Shown: piece after piece, positions 17,274 through 31,779 of the stretch
Numbering within the stretch: position 1 is the stretch's first letter
Layout of the letters: each line of letters opens with the position of its first letter
Origin: the human T2T-CHM13v2.0 reference genome, Homo sapiens
Assembly (NCBI RefSeq): GCF_009914755.1
Contig: NC_060944.1
Length of the DNA: 64,000 nucleotides
Direction: 5' to 3' (one strand)
Made by a program: the position numbers and the translations under genes
The notes under the pieces: model-generated
The model's input: the letters and a program-made list of their open reading frames with translations, nothing else
Told to the model about the DNA's origin: nothing
Database searches by the model: none

Positions 17274-17649
17274 TCACTACAGCTGTGATACCTGGAGTTG
17301 GGTTCCTTCTCTGGGCTCCTTCTACCTGCTGGGCCAAAAGGAAACCATTGCCAGTCCTTGCAACATAGCCACCTGCCTCTTGCATCACAGGCACGCAGCT
17401 AGGGGCCGAAAGGCTTGGCTTATGTGAGAAGAGCCCAGCAAAGCGAGGGCAGGAGGCAGGACCTCCTCGGCCCATGGGGACGTAGCCAGGGCCAGGCACT
17501 GCACCAACCCCAGGAAGAGCAGGGCTCTGCTGCTTTCTCAAGGCTGTGCCCCCTGGATTCCCCCTGACTCAGGTGAAATAGGGGGGTCTCCACTGAGCCA
17601 CACCCGCAGCTCTGGCCCCTGGCAGCCCTGTGTCCACTACCTGCCCTCA

Positions 17650-17928
<279 letters not shown>

Positions 17929-19247
17929 TCAATGATAGAAACTAGCACACCAACTATACAGCGGGCACTGCTCCACCAGCCTGCTCCTAAGGCAGTTTCT
18001 ACAACTGCTATGCTCATTTTATAGATGTGTACACTGAGAGAGAGGGGCCACGTGACTTGGCAAGGAAAGTTTCTAGGTGGTTTCTAACCCAGGAAGACTG
18101 AGCCTGGAGTCCCACAGCATGCCATATCACTTATGCAGCCCCAGGGCATGTGGGAGTTGGTTTGTGAGCCCTCTCATCGGCAGCTGGGCGTGGATCGCAA
18201 GTACCTAATTCAGTAACGGGCATGTGGCGGGGAGGATGGCCACCTGTTAGCCCTGCATGGGCATCCCAGCACGCTAGTGAGCACACAGTGAGTCACCAGA
18301 GCACAACGCAGTGGTTGTATGTGGTCTCAGCTCTGCCTGGCCACCCTGACCCAGCTGAGGCACTGTGTAAATCATTGGTGGCACCTGCTATTCCAGTGAC
18401 TGTTTCCCCACGAAAGGAGCTTTTCTCCCTCCCTGTCCCAAGGCCAGGGGAGGGACCTGGGCAAGCCTTTCTCCAGTTCTATCTGCAGAGCTGCCTGAGG
18501 CCAGAGGCGGCTCCGCTGTCTGCACCTGGACAGATGCAGTCTTTAGGATTGAGATTGTGGTTTCTGCCAATCTTTTCTGCAGCTTCAGAACATTGACAAA
18601 AACACCACGACAATCTTTTTGCAAATCTGCTTAGCAGACGGATGGCCTGAATGGTCAGCCAAACCAAACAGACACAATTAAAAGGGAATGGGTTCTCAGC
18701 CCAACGTCACGGGGCATTTTGTGACCACGTTTGAAAAGCGCCTTTCCTTCCTCCTGCTGACAGCCCAGCCTGGGAGCCCCCTGGCGCGAGAGGCAGCGGC
18801 AGGACCCCACCTGGCGCTGGCAAGCGCCTGCACCAGCATGAGGGGGGACCTCATGTCTGTCCCTTCGAAACCTCAATGAAAAGGGCTCAGTGGGGGCCCC
18901 CAACATACAGATCCCAAGCACCTCAACAAGTGGGAGGAAAGCCAGCGAGCCTTAAATTGTGTAGACTCAGACGGCACAGGTCCTCAGGCCCCACCCAGCC
19001 CAGAAACACGGATGAGCGGCTGCCATTCACCTGTCCATGCTCCGTGGCTAGATTCTGCTCCTGTCCCTCTGCGAGCGCCGGCTTGAGGGGCCAGAGAGCA
19101 CGGGACAGACAGTGTGCAGAGCCCTGCCCCAGGACTGGCCATGTGGGGTGGATAAGAGCTGACTGGTGTCCTTTGTGTCCCAGACCCCCCTCCAGGCCCA
19201 CCTGGCCAGCCACACTGCCACGTTCCCCAGTCCCCTGTGGCCTCTTA

Positions 19248-19469
<222 letters not shown>

Positions 19470-21733
19470 CTAGCCCAGCATGGCTGTCCCAGGCAGCACC
19501 TGCCCCTCCTGTCTGCCAAGGTCTCTGCGTCTTGAGGGGTGCTCCTCCTCCATCCCACGCAACTCTGGTGGGCTGTCAATGGCCTGGTCCTCCTGCCTCT
19601 GCCTCAGGGGTGCGTAGGCCCAGGCTAGACAGAACCCCTCTTCCTGGACAAAGTGTCAGACACAGGCAGGGGCAAGTCCCCTGCAGGCCCTTCATGGGGA
19701 CTGCTGTGGAGGCCAGGGCACAAGGCCCTTTTCCCTCTGAAATAATCTATTTTAAGGATGTGAGCCTTGGGATTCCCTGCGATGAGGCCTGACCTGCAGC
19801 TCATGCCACCAAGAAGAGCGTGGAGAGATGGAGGGGGTCCCCACAGCAGCCCTCAGGCTTAAAGCCAAAAAGCTTTCCAGAGCGGGGTGTTCCTCCCCAC
19901 AGAAATGTGAAGAATACACTAATAAACTTCAAAGCACAGAACAGCCGGCATTTTACTGAAACAACAAAAAATAGAGTCACACACACCCTAAGACCCTCAG
20001 CTCAAGGGAGCGGCAGCTAACGTTCTGTCGTGTTTGCTTTTTCCGCCTTGGGTATTCCTGGCTCTGCTTTCCACTTGTGGCTACAAACGCCCTGCTCAGG
20101 CCGGCGGCAGGCACCATGGCAGGGCGGCTGAAGCAGGTGCCAGGACGTGCCTGGCCCAGAGTCTCCTGTGAAGTAGGGGCTGACTTTCCACACTGCCCAC
20201 TTCCCAGCAGCTCCTGAGGAGCAATGGCATCTTGGGAGAGGCTGGGGAGCCGCCTGGAAAGCTGTCCCTACACAAGCACACGCTCCCCACCACGTCACTG
20301 GATGGCGTAGAGGGACAGAACCGCCACAGCAGCCTGAGGTCAGAAATGCTGACTGAGTTGCAAGGCAGAATTTGGCAATAATCTATCATGAAGCGAGGGA
20401 GAAGCCACCCAGGGCGTCTTTGCAGAGCAGCACCAGCAGCTCTAGCGCAAATGGGAAAGAGAATAAGTTCTGAAAGGGCAGAGGCAACATGCACTCATCA
20501 GAGCCAGGGCACAGCAGCAGCCAGGGCACCCCCAGGGCTGTGGAGTCAGGTGTCGGGCATCTTGGAACCGAGAGACTTGTGCTCTCTGCCCTTCCTGCAA
20601 GCGATTTTTGGTGATCCTGCCTCCGCCTCTGGCTCTCAGGACAATCGTGAGGCCAGCTGTCCAGGTCTGGCTTTGCCATCTTGGGGGACTCGGTAACAGA
20701 TGAGGTTGCGCCAATGAGGGTCTTGGTCTGTGGAGTAGGGTGGACTGTTTCAAGGGCTGTCTGGGCTCCTTCCTGTATTGTCTATCTGTGCCAACAGGAC
20801 ATTTTCTGAGGGAATATGACAGAGCCTCCAAGAGTTACAGGGTGCAACTTCAGGAGTCCAGCCTCAGAGAAATGCTGGCACAGCAGCAAGAGGACATCGT
20901 TGCATTATAAATGCCCAGATTTATCATAGGAAAAGCGAAGGGTCGCACAAATTAGCAAGACAAACAGTATGACACCAATTTCGCAAAAAAAAAAAAAAAA
21001 AAAAAAAAATTTAGCCAGAATGTATATATACATCTCTCATGTGCCAGGGAAAAGCTCTGCAGTACACCCACTACACCAACAGCTGTCGCCCCCTCCAGGG
21101 AATAGGGAGAGGGGGGCAGGTAGGCTTTCTTTCTTATTTAATAGGTTTTTGTTCAGTTGAGTTCACTGCACCTCGTGAGGCTGTCTTCCATCATCCATGC
21201 TGGGCCCCTGCACACCTCTGCCCCTGCACAGTTGTTGCCAAATTGTGCCCAGGGCAGAGCTCCTTCCAAATCTCCAGGGCTGGCCTGCATCCCTCTGGGA
21301 AGCCTGAGCCTGTAAGGAGCTGTGTCCCATGCAAGGACCACATCTTCCCTCCCAGGCAGCCCCAGCAGAACACGGAGGGAAGGGTGCACCTCCTGACACC
21401 TGGCCCATGGTGGGAAGGGCCTGGGGTAAGTGGGCGCCATGGGGGAGAACAGCTCAACCAGCCAGGCAGGGGCTCCAGGAGAGTCCGGGCTCACTCTGAG
21501 ATCATCAGTAACTGCTGTGACAGTGGTGCCCAACAGAAATCGTCATCATCACAACAGGCAATTTCTTTCCATTCATCTAACCTCCTTGGCCCAACATTCA
21601 GGGGAAATGTCTAAGCCACTAAAGGCTACCTTCAAATGGACTTTTTCACACTAACTTTGTGTTTTATTTCTTATCTTTTTAAATTATAATGTCCTATATT
21701 TTAGTAACAAAAATTAAAAGAGATAGGTTTCTA

Positions 21734-22162
<429 letters not shown>

Positions 22163-22737
22163 TCATGAGACCATCCTCAGCTCTCAGAGGGGTCAGAGGT
22201 GCAGCCCCATCACATGACCTCTCCAAGGTCACATGGCTGTGCAGGTAAGAAAGTCGGGACATGCAACCAAGGCCCCCAACACCCAGGACTCTGAGGCCTT
22301 GCACCCACGTGGCCCAACCGGCCAGCCCCAGTCAGCACACTCATCACTTGGAGAGGGACGACAAAGGAGTTTTAACGTTCCACCCTTGAATTCACAAAGG
22401 CGGGAGCCTGGCCTCGCAGAGGCAGGGGCCCATAGAGTCCATGCCAGCACCAGGAAAGTCTCAGCTGTGAAAAGAAACCCAAGGCAGGCTGGAAGGGCAG
22501 AAGTGCGCTGGCCCAGGCAGAGGCGCACACACCCCCAGACCCTCAGAATGCAGCATGAGTGGCTCATGGCCACTCATGGGGTTCGACAATGAAGGCAAGC
22601 CAGCTCAGGAGGCATCTCCCCAACCCACACTAAGCATGACCTGTGGGACCTCATGTTGATCATTCTGGCCTTACATGGCTGCCTGACCCTTCCTCAGTGC
22701 TGGCTTCTGAGTTTCTTCTTTGTCGTTCTCACTGATG

Positions 22738-22965
22738 TTAGCCTCACTGCAGCCTCCACCTCCTGGACTCAAGTGATCCTCCTGCTCAGCCTCCCAAGTA
22801 GCTGGGACCATAGGCATGTGCAACCGCACCTAGATAATTTTCAAATCTTTGAGATGGGGTCTCACAATGTTGTCTCATCTTCTCTCAAACTCCTGGGCTC
22901 AAGTGATCTGCTTGCCTTGGCCTCCCAGACTGCTGGGACTACAGGCATGAGCACTGTGCCGGGTC
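22738..22965 (-). mobile_element. Old truncated Alu (AluJ-like)
   Basis: Divergent Alu lacking its 3' end. Confidence 0.8.
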
Positions 22966-23020
22966 CTCATTGATTTTTTTCACCAGGTTTCTAAATTATT
23001 TAGGTTTTTAAATTAAATTA

Positions 23021-23344
<324 letters not shown>

Positions 23345-23576
23345 TAGATTCTCAGGTGTACCTACCCCCAGTGCAGAACAGCACTACTGGTCCTACAACA
23401 CCACTCACCAAATTCAGGACCAATTGCAGCAGCAAGGAAGTATCCAGCCCCTGAGCAGCCATGCCCTGGTCTCCTCAAACTGCAGAGAGACCCGGTATTT
23501 GTGCAAGAGATAGAGCACAGGTTAAGGGATACTATCAGGACCAATCTTAGACAGACTCGATGGATCCTTTGGCAAC

Positions 23577-24003
23577 TGATATGGCTTAGATCTGTGTTCC
23601 TGCTCAAATCTCATATTAAAATGTAATCCCCGATGTTGGAGGTGGGGCCTGGTGGGAGGTGACTGGATCTTGGAGGCAGATTTCTCACAAATGGTTTAGC
23701 ACCATCCCTCTTAGTACTGACCTCATGATAGTGAGTGAATTCTCATGAGACCTGGTTGTTTAAAAGTGTGTCACACCTCCCCCCTCGCTTTCTTGCTCCT
23801 GCTCTGGCCATGTGACCTGCCTGCACCCCTTCACCTTCTGCCATGATTGTAAGCTTCCTGAGGCCTCCCCAGAAGCAGCCGAGCAGACACTGGCACCATG
23901 CTTCCTGCACAGCCTGCAGAATCGTGAGTTAATTAAACCTCTTTTCTTTATAAATTGCCCAGTCTCAAGTATTCCTTTAGCAATGCGAGAACAGACTAAC
24001 ACA
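23577..24003 (+). mobile_element. MaLR solo LTR (MST family)
   Basis: TGATATGG...AATTAAACCTCTTTTC...ACTAACACA; 5-bp TSD GCAAC/GAAAC with one mismatch. Confidence 0.88.
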
Positions 24004-24089
24004 GAAACATTGCCCTCGCCATTCCACAATGGGGAGGACGGGAGGGAGTTTTCTTGCTGGGGCATATCACAGCACAGGCTGAGGAGCTG

Positions 24090-24710
24090 CCACATTCCTC
24101 ACCTGAGCACTACCTTCTGTAGCCCTGGGAAGTGGGCACCTGAGCAGCATGTTCCTCACCTTAACACTGCCTCCTGTAATCCCAGCAGGTGGGCACCTGA
24201 GCAGCAAGTTCCTCACCTGAGCACTGCCTCCTGTAACCCCAGCAGGTGGGCACCTGAGCAGCACGTTCCTCACCTGAGCACTGCCTCCTGTAACCCCAGC
24301 AGGTGGGCACCTGAGCAGCCATGTTCCTCACCTGAGCACTGCCTCCTGTAACCCCAGGAGGTGGGCACCTGAGCAGCCATGTTCCTCACCTGAGCACTGC
24401 CTCCTGTAACCCCAGGAGGTGGGCACCTGAGCAGCACGTTCCTCACCTGAGCACTGCCTCCTGTAACCCCAGGAGGTGGGCACCTGAGCAGCACGTTCCT
24501 CACCTGAGCACTGCCTCCTGTAACCCCAGGAGGTGGGCACCTGAGCAGCACGTTCCTCACCTGAGCACTGCCTTCTGTAGCCCCAGGAGGTGGGCACCTG
24601 AGCAGCACGTTCCTCACCTGAGCACTGCCTTCTGTTGCATCGGGTGGGCACCTGAGCTGCCATGTTCCTCAGCTGAGCATTGCCTTCTGTAGTCCCAGGA
24701 GGTGTGCACC
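24090..24710. repeat. 57/58-bp minisatellite (VNTR), about 11 copies
   Basis: Unit CACCTGAGCACTGCCTCCTGTAACCCCAGGAGGTGGGCACCTGAGCAGCACGTTCCT; central copies near-identical. Confidence 0.96.
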
Positions 24711-24974
24711 CGAACCACCCCCATCTTACACGTGAGCCTGAGGCTTGGAGAAGGTAACTCCCCTAGTGACACACAGCCAGGGAAGAGCAACACTGGACCC
24801 ACCCCAAATCTATGTGGCTCCAGAATCTACGTCACGTGGCCTCCCATATACATGCGTGTGTGCATGGCCTGTCCAGTTCTTGGACAGCTTGTTGTGTGGT
24901 GACACAGGCAGGGAGGGAGTCAGCAGTTTTAGTCACCAGAGAGTGACAGCAGTGGTTGCTGGGTTCAGGATTTA

Positions 24975-25142
<168 letters not shown>

Positions 25143-25829
25143 CTAAACAAAAGCCGTCATATCTCAGGCCCACCCACAAGAGCTCCACCCAACCGCCCTC
25201 ACCAGGGCCTCCCTCCCTCCCTCCCTCTGGTTCCAAGTACCCAACAAGGGCCGTTTCCTAGTCTTATCCAGCCTTAAAACTGTGTAGACCATGCGGGCTA
25301 TATTTTCCCAAGCCGACCCCTCCCTCTATCTTGTAAAACCCACAGGCCTTGGTTTCCATTTCACTGTGAGTGGGTGTCACCTGAACTTCCCAGTTCTACA
25401 AATGCTTATTCAGTGTCTGCTGGGGCTGGATCCTGCGGGATGCTGAGCAAGGCCAGGCCCTGCAGTGTGAGGCCCAGCAAGGACACAGGGCTGAGAAGAA
25501 CTCCAGCAAGGCAGACTGGCCTCCCACCCAGGAGGAGAAGGAACATGGCCACTGGAGAGTGAGGACAGGCTTGGGGGCCTTGTCTTGGAGGCCTTGTCTT
25601 GGCTGCGCAGTGGAACCCGGCCACACAGAGAAGGGGGAAAGGCATCCAGGCAGAGGAAGGATGTCAGTGAAGGAACAGGAAGTGCCTGCTACACCTGAGC
25701 GTGGCAGGGAGTCGGTGAGACTGGGCAACTCCATCAGAGACGGGCTTTCAAAGGTGTCTGGAGATTTTAGCCTTTGGCAGAAATGCCAAGAGCCACCAAA
25801 GGATTTTAGATTAGAAAGTGATGCACCTA

Positions 25830-26663
<834 letters not shown>

Positions 26664-26744
26664 CCAGCAACAGTTAAGTCCTGTGCTCCAGGCTGAAGCA
26701 TTTCGGGGAAGCACAGCAATGCTGGTCAGTGACTCTGAAATCAG

Positions 26745-26822
26745 ATGGATTGATGGATAGAGGGCTGGATGGATGGACAGATAGCAGGATGGATGGACAG
26801 ACAGAGGGATGGATGGACGGAC
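26745..26822. repeat. (GGAT)n-like simple repeat
   Basis: Degenerate GGAT/GGAC tetramers. Confidence 0.75.
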
Positions 26823-27020
26823 AAAGGGGAGCTGCAAAGCACCAAAGGTGGAATTAGGTGGTTGGTACATGGGTTTTCATGCCACAGTTGTTTGCACTTC
26901 ACTCTGTTTACAAATTTTCAAAATAAATCTTGGGGGAAAATATCTGCCTGTAATGGGGAAAATTCTTTCTGAAGAGAACCTTCTATGGTCAGCCATGCAA
27001 GCACTTAAAAGAGGCAGAGG

Positions 27021-27310
27021 GGCTGGGCGCGGTGGCTTACGCCTGTAATCCCAGCACTTTGGGAGACCAAGGCGGGTAGATCACGAGGTCAGGAGTTCAA
27101 GACCAGCCTGGCCAAATTGGTGAAACCCCGTCTCTACTAAAAATACAAAAATTAGCCGGGTGTGATGGCAGCCGCCTGGAATCCCAGCTACTCGGGAGGC
27201 TGAGGCAGAGAACTGCATGGACCCAAGAGGCGGACATTGCAGTGAGCCGAGGTCACATCACTGCACTCCAGCCTGGGCTACAGAAGAATACTCTGTCTCA
27301 GAAAAAAAAG
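27021..27310 (+). mobile_element. Alu (AluS-like)
   Basis: Full dimer with A tail. Confidence 0.92.
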
Positions 27311-27510
27311 AGGGTGAGGGCTCTATTATTTGTATTTACAATAAAAAGACCAGTCTTTCAATAGCTTAATTTTTGAAAACTTTTCTAACTTACACAGAGC
27401 AAAGAGTAAAGTGAAGCCCACAGCACCTGCTGCTCAGACTGCACTATGACAGCAGCCTGCCACAGGCTTCTTCTCTACCCGCTTTTCTTACGGCTGAAGT
27501 GTTTAGAAGT

Positions 27511-27869
27511 ACAGATGCTCCCCGACTTATGATGGAGCTACAGCCCAGCAACCCCACCATAAGCTGAAAATGTCAAGTCAAAGATGTGCTGAATATACCT
27601 AACCCACCAACATCGTAACTGGGCCTGGCCTACCTTACACATCTCAGAACACATTAACCAACAGTGGGGCAAAATTCTCTAACACAAAGCCTATTTTAGA
27701 CTAATGTGTTCAATGTCTCATGTAATCTACTGAACACTGTACTGAAAGTGAAGATCACAACGGTCCCATGGACACTGAATGACGGCTTCTACTGAATGCA
27801 TATTGACCTCACACCATCACGAAGTTGAAAAATCGTTGAGTCAAAACATCATGAGTCTGGATCCATCTG
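27511..27869. mobile_element. Tigger4/MER46 (Zombi)-like DNA transposon
   Basis: TA|CAGATGCTCCCCGACTTATGATGG start and matching ...CCATCTG end. Confidence 0.65.
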
Positions 27870-30009
27870 GGGTATCTGAAATCGCAGATCTCATGTTACT
27901 TCTGCCCCACATATTTGATTCATATTTCTAGAAAAAATATATATATTCTTACATCACCGCAATGCCACTATCATACCTAACAAAATCAACAGGATTTTCC
28001 CAAGTGTCTCAAACATATATTCTTACAGTTGATTTGTTTGAACCAGCATCCAAACTGTTCAGGATGCCCTTGGCTGTTATTCCTCTCACATCTTTCAACC
28101 ACAAACACCTCTCCCAAATCCCCATAGCCCATGCCTTTTTAAAGAAATCAGACCCACTGTTTTGTGGAATGTTCCACATCCGGATCTATCTGCTTGCTTC
28201 CCCAGGGTGTCATCTAATGAGCTCCTCCATCCTTAACATTTCCTGAAAACCTGAGTTAGCATCAAAGTCTAGTTTGCTGCAGCCTCAACATTTTTTTTTT
28301 TTGCAGGTGGTGCTGTGTCCTCCGCACACCTCACTCAGGAGGCACTGGTGTCTTTAGGACTCATCAGCGGGCTCAGGTGGTGGATGGCCACTTTTCCTAA
28401 CCTTTGTCTTCAGCCGCTTATCTTCTTGATGTGTTTGAAGCTGTGGAAACAGCTTGAGAATGAGGACAGACACTGGGTGTCCAGCAGAAAGTGTCCATGG
28501 TGAGTTATATGTCCAGCCAGACATGTTCCTATGGTGAGCTATGTGTCCAGCCAGACATGTTCCTCTATGCCTCATCCACACCACCTAGCCCAGAGCAGGG
28601 ACATGGCTGCTTCCACCCAACACAGACTTTAGTGTTGCAGTTCTGCTTCAGCAGTCTGGATCCTTCAGGTAGATGAGCCATGTGGGTGTGAATTACTGAT
28701 AACCCTGCTGGTAACGGGAAAGCCACCATCCCCCAAAGGAAGCCAGACTGTGTGCTCACAAATGACACTGTGGGTTGGGTTGAGGAAAACAAGAGGAAAG
28801 GGATGGGTAAGAAAAGGCCACCTTCGAGGTCCCTTCCGGCCTAAGATGCCTGAAATCTCCAAGGAAAAATGTGAAAGCAATCCTGATACTGGGTTATTTC
28901 TTAGGCTGGCAGAAGAGGTCGGGCAAGTCCTCTGAGCTTGACACGAGTGTGTGTGCACTACCGTCTGTCAGCTCTGATCCTGTACAAAGGTTTCTGTAAA
29001 CTGCTGGAAGGAACCCCAACCTGGTTGGGGCAGAGAACACTGAAATTGCTGGGTGAAAAACAGCCTCCTGCGAGCCCTTCCCTTCGCTGCTCTAGATCTA
29101 GACATCAAGTTCAAGGATGTAAGACACGGCAGCTTGGCTGACTTTTCTCAGCACACAGGAATCTGCCTGCTTTGTCCAGCACCACAGCTGGAAGCTCAGG
29201 TCAGTTTCCCTGACATTTACTGAGACAAAAGTTGAACAAAAAATGGCCCTGGCATTCAAGGATCATGGTCCAAGGGGTGCTGTTTATTTTGGCAGAAATC
29301 CCAGGGCAATGCCCTCTATCCAAGCTATGTTTCTGCACAGTCAGCCCACGTAACCGCCTGTGTGGGGAGGCCTCATTAGGGCATCCACTGACTCACACAG
29401 AAAAGCCTGGAAAGACAGTAAAACTGCTCACAGGACTAAGGAATACAGACCAGTGCTACTCCCTGCCCTGCATGGTCAGCGGCCTGCCTGGCCTGCAGCC
29501 CAGCCCAGGGCAAAGGGAATGGCGGGGCACCCTGTCTGGAGTTGGGGGTTCCCGGGGTACAGGGCACTGACTGGGAGCCACTGACCCTGCCCACACCTCA
29601 CCAGTGGGATCCAGTGCAGCCTGATGACTTCCTGGGATGGCTTCATGCCTCCTACAAGGGGACACACGCAATGCTGCCACCCTGGTCCTTCTACAACAGG
29701 GGGAGCTGGGGGGCGCTGGCAGCCTGAAGAGGGCTCTCGGCATTCAGCCGGGCTCCAGCCTCTCCTCCCCAGTCACCTGCATCCCTGCACCCTGAAACAC
29801 TAGCTCCTTTCATCACTGCCTCCTCAAAGGCCATGGCAGCATCCTGCACTCCCTACACCTGCACCGTACATGCCTGGCTGCTAAGGATCCCGCAGTTTGC
29901 TCCCTACACGTCCATCAATGCCTCCGGCCTTCCTCTTTCCTGAAGCACATGACACCCCCCTGTTCTAACTTTGCCCCTCTTTGCCTTCCCTCTTCCTTTC
30001 AGCCTGCCC

Positions 30010-30490
30010 ATGTGAGGCAGTTTGGAAATGTGGCTTCAAATTTCTTTGACACTCTTCCCTTCAGGTCTGTGTCCCTTCTCCTTGAATCTGGTAGGCTTGT
30101 GACAGCTCTGATCAATAGAATGTGGTGGAAGGGATGCTTTGTGACTTTGAGGCTGGCCTGAACTCAGTGAGGAAATCCCAGCCCTGTTTTTGGGACCACA
30201 TGTCCTTAGTGCCCTAAGCCACCAGGTGAGACAGTTGACTATCTTCAGCCGCCATGCTGTAAGGAAGCCCAGCCACGCTGAGGCCTGCTGCAACCCCTCC
30301 GAGACTGTCCTCAGCTGAGCTCCTCCAGCCCAGACGCATCAGTGACGCTTCATATGATTTCAGACCCAGCCTTCAAGTGTCCCAACAGAGGCCCCAGATG
30401 CAATGCAGTCCATCCTAAGTCTCTCACCTTCTCCAATCCTTCCTTGAGCACTGCAGCCCTGCTCCTTGGAGAAGCTCTGCAGCAGCAGTG
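30010..30490. mobile_element. Old MLT1-type MaLR LTR remnant
   Basis: CCTTGAATCTGG...GATCAATAGAATGTGGTGGAAG and GCCATGCTGTAAGGAAGCCCA motifs. Confidence 0.55.
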
Positions 30491-31712
30491 TAAAAGCTTG
30501 TGCTGTGATTGTAAGGGCCTGGTGTGAACCTCAGCTCTTGTTCCCAAGCTCGGCAAGACCTCACTCCTGAGCCCCAAGCTGCTCTGAGAGGAGGGATGCT
30601 CAGATTATGCCAAGCCTGCTGCAAGGGTTAGCCAGGCTGCCAGCTTCACACCTGGGTAGTTCCTTAGAGCTCAGCGTCTGGCCACCACACTGATCCTCTC
30701 ACACCCACCTTTCTGTGGGGCCCCTTTCTTCACTCTTGCAGGCATCATGTAAGTCAGCAGTAACTTCCACAGAATCTTCTGTTTTCACATTGTTTGCATA
30801 GGTGTTGGTCTTTTCTATCCAAAATACTCTAGGATTCATAATTAATATATTTGTTTGCTTTTTAATGTCAAGGAAGTATTATAGGCAAACACAAGATAAT
30901 TAAAATTAAAAAGAAGTCCTCCCTTCCCAGAGCCTTTGTTCCTCTCCCCAGGGGGATCCACTGGGAAGTTTTTTTGCCTAGCTTTCTGTCCCCATGACAT
31001 ATGTAATGCATGTCCCTCCAGAAATGCGGTGAGGGAGCTGAAGTCTCAATCATGCTCCTGCATGTAGCTTATCTTCCCAAAATGCCAGATCTTGCAGAGG
31101 GCACCACGGCAGCATGGATGGTCAGCCTCCCCTTGCACGCTGCACAGCGCTGTGAGGCTGCATGCTATGATTTGCTTATGTGTACCAGCTGCTGGCCTTC
31201 TGGCTGCTATGTAAGGCTCTGAGCTCCAGGACCAGGTATTACACTCCATTTGTGAGACAGATAAAACCCTGGTGGGTGCTGAGACTGCCCCTGCACAGCA
31301 AGGGAGAGGCTGTATCTAGCCCAGCGTGCCAGGAAGGAGGTGCAGGGGCAGTCTGAGGTGACAGGGCCAAGCAAGGCCCTCCTGCCTGAAACCACAGGGC
31401 CACACCTGCCAGCTGGGGTCACATCAGTACTTGCAGACCATAAAGTGTGACGAACCACGATGCTCCCTCGGCCACGGGCCTCTGCCCCTGGGTCTGACCT
31501 TGGGAGGATGAGGACCGAGTGACGGCCTCACTGCTGTGATGATGACATTCTGACCACTCCTGCAGGAGGAAGAATCCAGCGGGACACAACCCACCCCATG
31601 CATTTCCCAGGAAATTAAACTTGTGGTTGCACACTGCCCAATGACCCGGCTGTTCAGCTTTCAAAGCTCTGGGCAAAGGCAGAGAGCACTGAATGCGAGG
31701 CTGAGGCTTTAC

Positions 31713-31779
31713 CTTGTGCTTCAAATAATTCATTCTGAGCTTCTTTAGTGCTCTCGGCCTCTTCATCTGACTTGGGACT
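31713..31779 (-). CDS. NINL: NINL exon 5
   Basis: TCTTTCTACAG|AGT...CAAG|GTAAAG; SPKSDEEAESTKEAQNELFEAQ; 67 nt. Confidence 0.94.

Noticed and set aside
24090-24710. CRISPR-like array, or the repeat-protein ORFs 23812-24351, 24270-24617 and 24328-24663
   Set aside because: Head-to-tail units with no unique spacers, in a eukaryotic intron. The ORFs arise because 57 is divisible by 3 and the unit lacks stops.
28498-28565. 34-bp tandem duplication containing two p53-like half-sites (AGACATGTTC)
   Set aside because: The half-sites are 24 bp apart, outside the canonical 0-13 bp spacing; only two copies.
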